A program made the position numbers and the translations under genes. Source: Alkalilimnicola ehrlichii MLHE-1 (GTDB lineage Bacteria; Pseudomonadota; Gammaproteobacteria; Nitrococcales; Halorhodospiraceae). Taken from it: DNA of 32,000 nt. The stretch's first letter is position 1. Every line of letters begins with the position of its first letter. The stretch covers positions 1,230,001 to 1,262,000 of the forward strand of contig NC_008340.1 in NCBI RefSeq assembly GCF_000014785.1. Reading direction: 5' to 3'. The notes under the pieces are model-generated. The model had not been told where the DNA came from. It was given only the letters and a program-made list of their open reading frames with translations, and ran no database searches. Of the stretch, positions 16,873-24,734 are shown piece by piece.

Positions 16873-17437
16873 GCATGTAGACGCACTGGAAAAGCAGATT
16901 GCCGAAGAGTACCGGCTCAACGAGGAACACGCAGCCGCCGCCGACAAGGCCCGCGACGAGTATCAGGCCGCCGTGGCTGCCGGGGACATGGGAGCGGCTT
17001 CCAACTGCCGTGCCGAGGCCGAACGGCTGGACGGCCTTGCTCGTCAACATGGCGACCGCATAGACGCCCTGGAGGCGCAACGGCCCGAAGCCGAGCGCAA
17101 GGATAACGGCCCTGCCTTCCGGCAGGCGGTGAAGGTGATGGAGCAGGAGTTGCAGGAGGAAGCCGACACCCATGCCGAGCTGGCCGAGCTGGTGGGTAAG
17201 CTGGCCGATCTGCGTAAACGGCTGGACGAAGTACACGCCAGCGCCACCGCCGCCTGTCGCAAAGCCTTTCAGGCCGCCGACGCTGCCCATGAACCGCGAC
17301 CCGAAGTTGACCGGGATCGCATGGCCACCACCGCCGACATGGATGCCCTGATGCGTACAGTAAGGGAGCTGATGAACGTGGCGGGGCACCAGGCAACGCT
17401 AGTCATGAACACGCGGGATAAGGCCCGCGCCGCCTAG
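16865..17437 (+). CDS. Hypothetical acidic alpha-helical coiled-coil protein (scaffold-like composition)
   Basis: The ATG at 16865 is in frame with track ORF 16640-17437. 190 aa, starting MGKHVDALEKQIAEEYRLNEEHAAAADKARDEYQAAV..., with heptad-like Ala/Glu/Leu/Arg composition and good GC3 bias. Confidence 0.5.
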   Translation: MGKHVDALEKQIAEEYRLNEEHAAAADKARDEYQAAVAAGDMGAASNCRAEAERLDGLARQHGDRIDALEAQRPEAERKDNGPAFRQAVKVMEQELQEEADTHAELAELVGKLADLRKRLDEVHASATAACRKAFQAADAAHEPRPEVDRDRMATTADMDALMRTVRELMNVAGHQATLVMNTRDKARAA

Positions 17438-17519
17438 ACCTCGCTGGAAGTGGGGAGCGGTTATTGCCTGCACCGCTCGCGTCCGGCCCGATGGGGTGGC
17501 CGCCCACGAAACCCCTAGC

Positions 17520-17565
17520 GCCCCGGTGGCCTCACTCAGCCATCGGGGCGTGTTTTGTTTTTGGG
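17520..17565 (+). terminator. Rho-independent terminator after the packaging-module genes
   Basis: Stem GCCCCGGTGG (17520-17529) / CCATCGGGGC (17540-17549), 9/10, with a 10-nt loop, followed by GTGTTTTGTTTTTGGG. Confidence 0.55.
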
Positions 17566-17593
17566 AGCCGCCATCGCAACGGAAGCACTCGCC

Positions 17594-18058
17594 ATGTATG
17601 AGGCGGAGGCGAAGGAGAGGCAGAGGTTGTCCCCTGGGCGGCCAGTCGCGAGCGCCGGAAAAGGTCCGGAAATAATTCCGGATGTTTCTGATGATCAGCC
17701 CATCACCACCAGTCAGAAGGCCGCCATCGCAGCCGAGAAGATGGAGCCGCCCAAGCCGTCCCGCTACGAGCAAGAATCCCGCGCCAAGGCCGCCGCAGAC
17801 TTCGGCACCAATCCGCGCTATGTGTCGGATGCGAAGAGGTGGCGCAGTGCTAGGCCGCATTCTTGCATGTCATGCAAGGGGCATTCCCCCATGCAAGGCG
17901 TGCCAACATTGAAGTTTCCTATCGGTATTGGCGGTAAACGGCGTTTGTCCTATCGACCTGCGCGGGTGGTCTGGCATCCATCCGCAGAGTGGGGCGGGTT
18001 CTGGCGACCCGGTGGCCGACCGCTGGGTAAAGTGCGCTGCACCCAGTTATGCACCTAG
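17594..18058 (+). pseudogene. ParB-like/KorB-like fragment (probable remnant)
   Basis: YEAEAKERQRLSPGRP...GKGPEI...ESRAKAAADFGTNPRYVSDAKRW resembles the region after the ParB N-terminal domain in phage ParB-like nucleases, but no N-terminal domain is present. The track start (TTG at 17555) lies inside the terminator T-tract, and the 3-prime part of the ORF runs through the arm-site repeats. Confidence 0.25.
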
Positions 18059-18089
18059 CAACCGCCAATGTGCACCCACCTGTGCACCC
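18037..18089. promoter_or_regulatory. Right-arm array of 9-mer sites (candidate arm-type recombinase sites)
   Basis: Perfect TGTGCACCC at 18069-18077 and 18081-18089 (12-bp spacing, the same geometry as the left arm), plus degenerate copies CTGCACCC (18037-18044) and TATGCACCT (18048-18056), 12 bp apart. Confidence 0.5.
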
Positions 18090-18103
18090 AGATAACCCCC
18101 AGA

Positions 18104-18147
18104 CAAACAAAAAGGGCCTAAGCGAATCGCCTAGGCCCTTGTTTTGT
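18104..18147 (-). terminator. Rho-independent (bidirectional-looking) terminator supplied by the element to the reconstituted tRNA-Asn
   Basis: Stem AGGGCCTA (18113-18120) / TAGGCCCT (18132-18139) with an 11-nt loop. An A-run lies on one side and TTGTTTTGT on the other. It lies directly 3-prime of the tRNA on the minus strand. Confidence 0.6.
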
Positions 18148-18148
18148 A

Positions 18149-18224
<76 letters not shown>

Positions 18225-18248
18225 ACTGTGCGTTGCGTTGTGCTGGGC

Positions 18249-18276
18249 ATTGTACTCACGCGCTGCCACCTGTCAA
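18249..18276 (-). promoter_or_regulatory. Sigma-70-type promoter for tRNA-Asn
   Basis: Minus strand reads TTGACA (18276-18271), a 16-nt spacer, then TACAAT (18254-18249). The -10 element ends about 25 nt upstream of the mature 5-prime end. Confidence 0.5.
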
Positions 18277-18327
18277 GCCCGTGCCAGAGAAGCCCGGAGC
18301 GGCATAACCGGCGCTCGCCGTCGGGTG

Positions 18328-18666
18328 TCAGCAGAAATCGCGGTTGGGCATTAGCCAGCCGGCAGATGGTCGGTGACCGGCCTGTTCCGCCTCACGGTAG
18401 CGTTGGATGAAGTCGCTCACCAGCGCCTCCAGTGCGGCATCCGGATCCTTCTCATCCTCCAGGTCCACCATGGCGGGTTCGTCCTGTAGCGGGGTCTGTA
18501 TGAAGTGGCTCTGCTCGTAGCCCAACGCATGGTTGTGGATCTCATAGTAGAGCCTGAGCCTCACCGTGGTCGGGATCGAGCCGAGGCGAAAGTCCACCTC
18601 GGCGAGAAGCTCTCTGGCCTCCTCCACAATGGGGTCCTTCAGTGCCTTGACGTTAGCAGCTTGCAT
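18328..18666 (-). CDS. Hypothetical protein (112 aa)
   Basis: The ATG at 18666 is preceded by GGAGGGAAAAGCTG. The longer track ORF (to 18786) extends into an AT-rich intergenic region and is unlikely. MQAANVKALKDPIVEEARELLAEVDFRLGS...; I recognise no motif. Confidence 0.5.
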   Translation of the reverse strand: MQAANVKALKDPIVEEARELLAEVDFRLGSIPTTVRLRLYYEIHNHALGYEQSHFIQTPLQDEPAMVDLEDEKDPDAALEALVSDFIQRYREAEQAGHRPSAGWLMPNRDFC

Positions 18667-18703
18667 CAGCTTTTCCCTCCGGGAAGCCAGTTTGGGTCGT
18701 TTG

Positions 18704-18717
18704 TTGCCATCTATCAA
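18704..18717. promoter_or_regulatory. FNR/DNR-like half-conserved box TTGCC-N4-ATCAA
   Basis: It matches the TTG-N8-CAA core and the right half of TTGAT-N4-ATCAA. It lies in the AT-rich divergent region between the 18666 gene and the Crp/Fnr gene. Confidence 0.3.
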
Positions 18718-18745
18718 AAAATAAAGATGTAAATGCCCCGTGTCT

Positions 18746-18759
18746 TTGCTTTGTATCAA
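18746..18759. promoter_or_regulatory. FNR/DNR-like half-conserved box TTGCT-N4-ATCAA
   Basis: Second box in the same intergenic region, about 70 bp upstream of the regulator start. Confidence 0.3.
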
Positions 18760-18824
18760 ACATAGAACTAAAGTCATAAGTAACAATATTCATAATATAT
18801 GTATCGCACCAAAGCCGGAGGATT

Positions 18825-19535
18825 GTGATGGTGACTACCAATGTCATCAGGTTGCACGAGGATTTGGAGACTAGTCCGCTCTTCTCCGGGCTGGCTGAAC
18901 GCCAGGTCTCCGAGGTTATCTCGCGCGGACACCGCCGTGTGGTACCCGGTGGCGGGACTTTGTTCAACTGCGGCGAGCCGGCAGATCAGTTTTTTCTGGT
19001 GGTCGAGGGTGCCGTGAAGTTGTTTCGCGCCATGAGTAATGGCCACGTGGTCGTCGTCAGGATCATCCGGCCGGGGGAACCCTTCGCCGCCTGCTCGGTC
19101 GTGGGCCGGCCGGACGCGACATACCCGGTGACCGCCCGCGCCTGGATGGATGTGACGGTGCTGGCGTGGTCCCGGGGGACGATGAGTAGCGAACTTCGTC
19201 GGTTACCTACGCTGCAGTACAACCTGCTTCAGCTCGTTAGCCAATACCAGGACCAGACCGTGGACCGCCTTTGTGAGTCCTCTACGCAGCCGGTCGCACA
19301 AAGGCTGGCCCACTGCCTGCTGCGACTCGCTGACCAGGCCTCCATACCCACCACGGATGGTTTGCAGCTGCGTGACCCTTTGACCCGCCAAGAGTTGGCG
19401 GAATTCTGCGGAACGACGCTCCATACCGTCAGCCGCCTGCTGGCGCAATGGGAGCGCGATGGCCTGGTGCGTGTCGGGCGCTGCCGGGTCACGCTCGCAT
19501 CCACGAAACGCTTGCAACTCCTCAGCATGCAGTAA
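18825..19535 (+). CDS. Crp/Fnr-family transcriptional regulator (DNR/NnrR-like; no FNR Cys cluster)
   Basis: cNMP-binding-like beta-roll (LFSGLAERQVSEVISRGHRRVVPGGGTLFNCGEPADQFFLVVEGAVKLF) and a C-terminal HTH (TRQELAEFCGTTLHTVSRLLAQWERDGLV). There are no N-terminal cysteines. GGAGGA RBS; the start is GTG 18825 or ATG 18828. Confidence 0.8.
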   Translation: MMVTTNVIRLHEDLETSPLFSGLAERQVSEVISRGHRRVVPGGGTLFNCGEPADQFFLVVEGAVKLFRAMSNGHVVVVRIIRPGEPFAACSVVGRPDATYPVTARAWMDVTVLAWSRGTMSSELRRLPTLQYNLLQLVSQYQDQTVDRLCESSTQPVAQRLAHCLLRLADQASIPTTDGLQLRDPLTRQELAEFCGTTLHTVSRLLAQWERDGLVRVGRCRVTLASTKRLQLLSMQ

Positions 19536-19562
19536 CCAGCCGTCGATTGCACCTGCGACAGA

Positions 19563-19576
19563 TTGTCCCAGGTCAA
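19563..19576. promoter_or_regulatory. FNR/DNR-like box TTGTC-N4-GTCAA
   Basis: TTG-N8-CAA core, about 115 bp upstream of the first cytochrome c start. Confidence 0.3.
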
Positions 19577-19689
19577 TTTGTTCTCCGGCAAAGACCTTTC
19601 CAGTGTTTAGGCGTTCACTAGGTAACGAGCCGGTGGTAAACAGCGCCGGCTCTATAACGACAACAGCTTTCTGGAGAGGTACACCGGAC

Positions 19690-20007
19690 ATGTTTCGCAA
19701 AATGATTGTATCTGTAGCAGTCGGCGGGGCGCTGCTGGCCTCCGGGGCCGCCGTGGCGGGTGACCCGGAGCGCGGTGAGCAACTCGCGACCACCTGTTTT
19801 GCCTGCCACGGGGCGCAAGGCCGCAACGACTCACCTCAGTACCCGCAGCTGGCGCAGCAGAACGAGGAGTACATCCTCATCCAACTGCAAAACTTCCAGG
19901 ACGGGAGCCGGGAAGACCCGCTGATGTCGCCCCAGGCGGCGCAACTCACTGAGCAGGACAAGAAGGATCTTGCTGCCTATTTCACGGCACAGACGCTTTG
20001 CCCATAA
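19690..20007 (+). CDS. Monohaem class I cytochrome c (c4/c553-like), secreted
   Basis: The ATG at 19690 has a GGAGAGG RBS; the track ORF from 19459 overlaps the regulator gene. Signal peptide MFRKMIVSVAVGGALLASGAAVA, haem motif CFACH, distal Met region DPLMSPQ, and a typical LTEQDKKDLAAYF tail. Confidence 0.8.
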   Translation: MFRKMIVSVAVGGALLASGAAVAGDPERGEQLATTCFACHGAQGRNDSPQYPQLAQQNEEYILIQLQNFQDGSREDPLMSPQAAQLTEQDKKDLAAYFTAQTLCP

Positions 20008-20076
20008 GCGGGTCGGCGGTCATTCCTCACACTTCGGGCGAAGGCTGGAAGCCGCGACCGAACACCGCAGCAGAGT

Positions 20077-20090
20077 TTGTTCACGCACAA
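20077..20090. promoter_or_regulatory. FNR/DNR-like box TTGTT-N4-CACAA
   Basis: TTG-N8-CAA core, about 100 bp upstream of the second cytochrome c gene that heads the nosR-containing gene string. Confidence 0.3.
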
Positions 20091-20191
20091 AGATAAAGCG
20101 TGCGGTGCGGTGGTGAAGTGGGGGTGCTTGCTGGCCGGCGACCCAATGAAAAGAACCACCACAGGCCGACTGATTACGAGGTACACGAGCG

Positions 20192-20533
20192 ATGGCACAC
20201 CGAATTTTTTTGAGCGCGCTGGTTGGGGTGGCCTTATCCATTCCGATGCTTGTCTCTGCGGAAGAGCTTAAGGGAGATCCCAACCAAGGCATGCTTTTTG
20301 CCGCGACCAGTTGTTACCAATGCCACGGGTTGACGGGCAGTGATCCTGCGTTTGATCGCTACCCTCGACTGATCGGACAGCATGAGAATTACCTGTTTAA
20401 GCAGTTGGTGGCCTTCAGGGAGGGAGATCGGGAACACACGGAAATGACGCCGATTATGGACAGGCCTCAATTCCAGAGGGATCAGGCGCTTAGGGATGTT
20501 GCTGCGTGGTATGCAGCGCAAGGCTGCGAATAG
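20192..20533 (+). CDS. Monohaem class I cytochrome c, secreted
   Basis: Signal peptide MAHRIFLSALVGVALSIPMLVSA, haem motif CYQCH, Met region EMTPIM, and an ALRDVAAWYAAQ tail. It ends 20-30 bp before nosR. Confidence 0.8.
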   Translation: MAHRIFLSALVGVALSIPMLVSAEELKGDPNQGMLFAATSCYQCHGLTGSDPAFDRYPRLIGQHENYLFKQLVAFREGDREHTEMTPIMDRPQFQRDQALRDVAAWYAAQGCE

Positions 20534-20552
20534 CCGTTAGCTTTAGCCTTTT

Positions 20553-22703
20553 GTGGAGGCCCCAGTGATCAATCGGTTTCGCCCGTTTCTGATAATTCTG
20601 TTGACCGCGCTGCTCCTGCTCCCTTTCAGCGGGGCCTGGGCAGCGGACTGGCTGGAAGACCTGTTTCCCGGCGCGGACGAGGTAGGGGAGCCAGAAGGCG
20701 ATCCCCCTGTCATCCCGCTCTTCTCTAATGGTGAGAAGGTGGGCTACGCCTTCGAAACAGTCAACTTCGCGCCAATCGGCGCGTATTCCGGCAAACCGGT
20801 CAACATGCGGGTGGGGCTGGACCTTAACGGCAAGATCACTGGGGCCCAGCTCCTTGATCACTCCGAGCCCATTGTGCTGATCGGTGTTCCGGACTCAAAA
20901 CTGGTGGAGTTTCTGGAGCAGTACGAAGGCCTGCACGTTACCGACCGAGTCCGCGTTGGTGGCCGTGACCGTGAGGGCTATATCGGAGTCGACTCCGTCT
21001 CCAGCGCCACAGTAACGGTGGTGGTGATGGGGGATTCCATCATGCGCTCAGCGCGTATGGTGGCCCGTGAGCGCGGCATTGTTGAAGTGGATACCGCGGC
21101 CCTCCGCGAGCCCGCGACCGTCCGCGAGGATATCTTCGAGCCAGCCACCTGGCAGGAACTGATTGAAATGGGGGCCCTGGGTCATCTCCACATCACCCTG
21201 GGTGACCGGGACGACGCCTTTGTCGGCACCCGCGGCGAGGGGATCGACGAGGCCCCCGAAGAGCGTCGTGACGAGACGCTCATTGAGCTCTTTTATGCCT
21301 ATGTGAACGTGCCCACCGTCGGCCGCAACCTGCTCGGCGATGACGCCTACGAGCGGATGATGGCGCGTCTTGAGGAAGGCGAGCATTTGATCGCCGTTAT
21401 GGCCACCGACGAGAGCAATTATTCGTTCAAGGGGGATGGCTGGGTACGTGGCGGTGTCTTCGACCGCATGCAGATCGTGCAGGGCGACGAGACCGTTCAG
21501 TTCCATGATCGAGACCTGATCCGACTGTACGACGTGGCCATCGACGGGCAACCGCCGCTCGACGAGAAGGAGTTATTTATCGTCCGGCAGGAGGCCATGT
21601 TCGATCCGGCCGAGCCAATCGAGCTGGAGCTGCTGGTGCGCCGCGAGGTGGGGCCCGTCGACCGGATGAACGCCCGGTTCTTCACCACCTACCAGGTGCC
21701 CGAGCATTTCCTGGATATCCCGGAGCCGCCACCCAGCCTGGAAGAGGATGACACGCCCCTGTGGCTGACGGTCTGGGAGGACCGGGTGTTCGGTATCACC
21801 GTGCTCGGCCTCGGCCTGGGGTTACTGACCCTGATCCTGCTGTTCCAAGATGTGTTGGCCCGCCGGCCGCGGCTACTGTACTGGATCCGCCACGGGTTCC
21901 TGGTCTACACGGTCGGGTTCATCGGTTACTACACCCTGGCCCAGTTGTCCGTGGTCAACGTGCTGACCTTCATGAACTCGCTGTTCACGGACTTCCAGTG
22001 GTCCACGTTCCTGATGGACCCCTATATGTTCATCCTCTGGAGCTTCGTGGCAGTGACCGTGCTGCTATGGGGACGTGGGGTCTTCTGTGGCTGGCTCTGC
22101 CCCTTCGGTGCCATGCAGGAGCTGATCAACGAGGTGGCCCGGAAGCTGAGGGTGCCCCAGTTTGAGCTGCCCTTTGCGGTGCATGAGCGACTCTGGGCCT
22201 TGAAATACATCATTTTGCTGGGCCTGTTCGCGGTGTCGCTGCACTCGCTGATCGAGGCCGAGCGGTATGCCGAGATTGAGCCTTTCAAGACCGCGATCTC
22301 TATGCAGTTCATGCGCGAGTGGGCCTTTGTGCTCTACGCGGTAGGGCTCTTGGTAGTCGGGGTCTTCATGCGCAAGGCCTTCTGCCGGTATGTCTGCCCC
22401 CTGGGGGCGGCCCTGGCCATCCCAGCACGGATCCGTCTGTTCGACTGGCTGCGCCGTCACCAGGAGTGCGGCAGCCCCTGCCAGATCTGCGCCAACGAAT
22501 GCGAGGTGCAGGCCATTCACCCGGACGGGCACATCAATGCGAACGAGTGCCACTACTGCCTGGACTGCCAGGTGACGTACTGGAACGACCGAAAGTGCCC
22601 ACCAATGATTGTTGGCCGTAAACGCCGGGAAAAGGCGGCGCGGCAAGCCGAGGGGCGGGCGAATAAAGCCTTCCCTGATCTGAAGAAGCCCCAGGAAGCG
22701 TGA
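20553..22703 (+). CDS. nosR: NosR, membrane-bound FMN/iron-sulfur regulator and electron-transfer protein for N2O reductase
   Basis: The likely start is GTG 20565 (GGAGG at 20555-20559), giving the signal/TM MINRFRPFLIILLTALLLLPFSGAWA. It has a periplasmic FMN-binding-type domain, multiple TM helices, CX3CP motifs CGWLCPFGA and CRYVCPLGA, and a C-terminal ferredoxin-type CGSPCQICANECE and CHYCLDCQVTYWNDRKCP. Confidence 0.9.
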   Translation: MEAPVINRFRPFLIILLTALLLLPFSGAWAADWLEDLFPGADEVGEPEGDPPVIPLFSNGEKVGYAFETVNFAPIGAYSGKPVNMRVGLDLNGKITGAQLLDHSEPIVLIGVPDSKLVEFLEQYEGLHVTDRVRVGGRDREGYIGVDSVSSATVTVVVMGDSIMRSARMVARERGIVEVDTAALREPATVREDIFEPATWQELIEMGALGHLHITLGDRDDAFVGTRGEGIDEAPEERRDETLIELFYAYVNVPTVGRNLLGDDAYERMMARLEEGEHLIAVMATDESNYSFKGDGWVRGGVFDRMQIVQGDETVQFHDRDLIRLYDVAIDGQPPLDEKELFIVRQEAMFDPAEPIELELLVRREVGPVDRMNARFFTTYQVPEHFLDIPEPPPSLEEDDTPLWLTVWEDRVFGITVLGLGLGLLTLILLFQDVLARRPRLLYWIRHGFLVYTVGFIGYYTLAQLSVVNVLTFMNSLFTDFQWSTFLMDPYMFILWSFVAVTVLLWGRGVFCGWLCPFGAMQELINEVARKLRVPQFELPFAVHERLWALKYIILLGLFAVSLHSLIEAERYAEIEPFKTAISMQFMREWAFVLYAVGLLVVGVFMRKAFCRYVCPLGAALAIPARIRLFDWLRRHQECGSPCQICANECEVQAIHPDGHINANECHYCLDCQVTYWNDRKCPPMIVGRKRREKAARQAEGRANKAFPDLKKPQEA

Positions 22704-22750
22704 TATGCCGGGGGGCGTAAGCGAGTGTTCGATGTAAAGCCGAGAGGGCG

Positions 22751-24679
22751 ATGACAATGAAAGAGATGGACACAAAGACCACCACGGTGGACACCACCAA
22801 CAGTGAGGAATCGGCGGGCCTGCGGAACCCGAGCCGTCGTAAGTTCCTCGGTACCACGGCTGCCGTTGGGGCGGTCAGCGCCGCGGGTGCCGCCGGCACC
22901 GGTGCGCTGGTTCGCTCCGGTGAGGTACAGGCAGCCGACCAATCCATTCTAGAGAAGATCCACGTAGGGCCGGGGGATCTCGACGAGTACTACGGCTTCT
23001 GGAGCGGCGGTCACAACGGCGAGGTTCGGGTTTACGGCGTGCCGTCGATGCGGGAGATCATGCGCATCCCGGTATTCAATGTCTGTTCCGCAACCGGCTA
23101 TGGCATCAGTAACGAGAGCAAGCGGATTCTGGGCGAAAGCTCTAAGTTCCTGAATGGCGACGCCCACCACCCGCATATCAGTTACACCGATGGCAAGCAC
23201 GACGGCCGGTACCTGTTTATCAACGACAAGGCCAATACCCGCGTCGCCCGGGTCCGGCTTGACATCATGAAGACGGACAAGGTGACCACCATCCCGAACG
23301 CCCAGGCGATCCACGGCCTGCGGCTGCAGAAGGCGCCGAAAACCGGCTATGTCTACTGCAACGGTGAGATGATCATTCCGTTGCCCAACGACGGCACCGA
23401 GCTGGAGGATCCCAAGAAGCACTTCTCCGTCTGGTCCGCGTTGGATTCTGAGACCATGGAGGTGGCCTGGCAGGTGCTGGTGGATGGCAACCTGGACAAC
23501 ATGGACTCCAGCTATTGTGGGAAGTACGGGGCATCCACCTGCTACAACTCCGAGCACGGCTTCACGCTTGAGGAGAAGATGCGGGCGGAGCGCGACCATG
23601 TGGTCATCTTCAATATCCCGCGCATCGAGGAGGCCGTCGAGAATGGCGAATACATGACCTTCGGTGACAATGGCGTCCCGGTGGTCGATGGCCGAAAGGG
23701 TTCTCAGCTTACCCGGTACATCCCGGTGCCCCGTAACCCCCACGGCCTGAACGGCTCCACCGACGGCAAGTACTTCATTGCCAACGGCAAGCTGTCGCCC
23801 ACGGTCACCATGATCGACATTTCCCGTTTGGATGACCTGTTCGATGACAAAATCGAGCCGCGGGATGCGGTCGCCGGCGAGCCGGAACTGGGTCTGGGGC
23901 CACTGCATACTACTTTTGACGGGCGCGGCAACGCCTACACTACGCTGTTCATCGACAGCCAGGTGGTCAAGTGGAACATGGAGGATGCGGTCCGCCACTT
24001 CCAGGGCGAGAACGTCAACTACATCCGGCAGAAGTTGAACGTGCACTACCAGCCGGGCCACCTCAAGGCCACGCTGGCCGAATCCAGTGAAGCGGACGGC
24101 AAGTGGTTGTTCTCCCTTAATAAGTTCTCGAAGGACCGCTTCCTTCCCGTGGGGCCGCTGCACCCGGAGAACGATCAGATGATCGACATCTCCGGCGAGG
24201 AGATGAAGCTGGTCCACGATACCCCGACCTTTGCGGAGCCGCATGACTGCGTGGTGGTTCGGCGTGACCAGATCCAGACCAAGCAGATCTGGGAACGCGA
24301 CGATCCCTACTTCGCTGAAACGGTGAAGATGGCGGAGGAGGACGGTGTCACTCTGACCCGTGATAATAAGGTCATCCGTGACGGCAACAAAGTGCGGGTC
24401 TATATGACCCTGATTGCGCCGGAGTTCGGTATGAACCACTTCCGGGTGAAGCAGGGTGACGAGGTGACCGTGGTCTGCACCAACCTCGACATGATCCAGG
24501 ACCTCACCCACGGCTTCTGTGTGTGTGATCATGGGGTCAGTATCGAGGTCAGCCCGCAGCAGACGGCATCGGTGACCTTTACCGCCGACAAGGCCGGGGT
24601 CTACTGGTATTACTGCAACTGGTTCTGCCATGCCATGCACATGGAGATGGCCGGTCGCATGATCGTGGAACCCGCGTAA
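22751..24679 (+). CDS. nosZ: Nitrous-oxide reductase NosZ (Tat-exported, clade I type)
   Basis: Twin-arginine signal [17 protein letters not shown], a His-rich beta-propeller (DAHHPHISY) and a C-terminal CuA motif HGFCV...[14 protein letters not shown]. Confidence 0.95.
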   Translation: MTMKEMDTKTTTVDTTNSEESAGLRNPSRRKFLGTTAAVGAVSAAGAAGTGALVRSGEVQAADQSILEKIHVGPGDLDEYYGFWSGGHNGEVRVYGVPSMREIMRIPVFNVCSATGYGISNESKRILGESSKFLNGDAHHPHISYTDGKHDGRYLFINDKANTRVARVRLDIMKTDKVTTIPNAQAIHGLRLQKAPKTGYVYCNGEMIIPLPNDGTELEDPKKHFSVWSALDSETMEVAWQVLVDGNLDNMDSSYCGKYGASTCYNSEHGFTLEEKMRAERDHVVIFNIPRIEEAVENGEYMTFGDNGVPVVDGRKGSQLTRYIPVPRNPHGLNGSTDGKYFIANGKLSPTVTMIDISRLDDLFDDKIEPRDAVAGEPELGLGPLHTTFDGRGNAYTTLFIDSQVVKWNMEDAVRHFQGENVNYIRQKLNVHYQPGHLKATLAESSEADGKWLFSLNKFSKDRFLPVGPLHPENDQMIDISGEEMKLVHDTPTFAEPHDCVVVRRDQIQTKQIWERDDPYFAETVKMAEEDGVTLTRDNKVIRDGNKVRVYMTLIAPEFGMNHFRVKQGDEVTVVCTNLDMIQDLTHGFCVCDHGVSIEVSPQQTASVTFTADKAGVYWYYCNWFCHAMHMEMAGRMIVEPA

Positions 24680-24687
24680 GGCCGAGC

Positions 24688-24721
24688 GCTGCCGGACCGG
24701 GCACCGCACCGGTTCGGCAGC
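24688..24721 (+). other. Strong intercistronic hairpin between nosZ and nosD
   Basis: GCTGCCGGACCGG (24688-24700) pairs with CCGGTTCGGCAGC (24709-24721) at 12/13, with an 8-nt loop and no T-tract. It starts 9 nt after the nosZ stop. Confidence 0.5.
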
Positions 24722-24734
24722 CTCTGAGAGACTG

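Noticed and set aside
16384-17396. Minus-strand ORFs 16384-16947, 16832-17389 and 16917-17396
   Set aside because: They are antisense to the two plus-strand genes, which show GC3 bias and coupling. Their translations are Arg/Pro/Gly-rich.
18667-18786. N-terminal 40 codons of track ORF 18328-18786
   Set aside because: This part falls in an AT-rich intergenic region with FNR-like boxes. An internal ATG at 18666 with a strong GGAGG RBS gives a more plausible 112-aa product.
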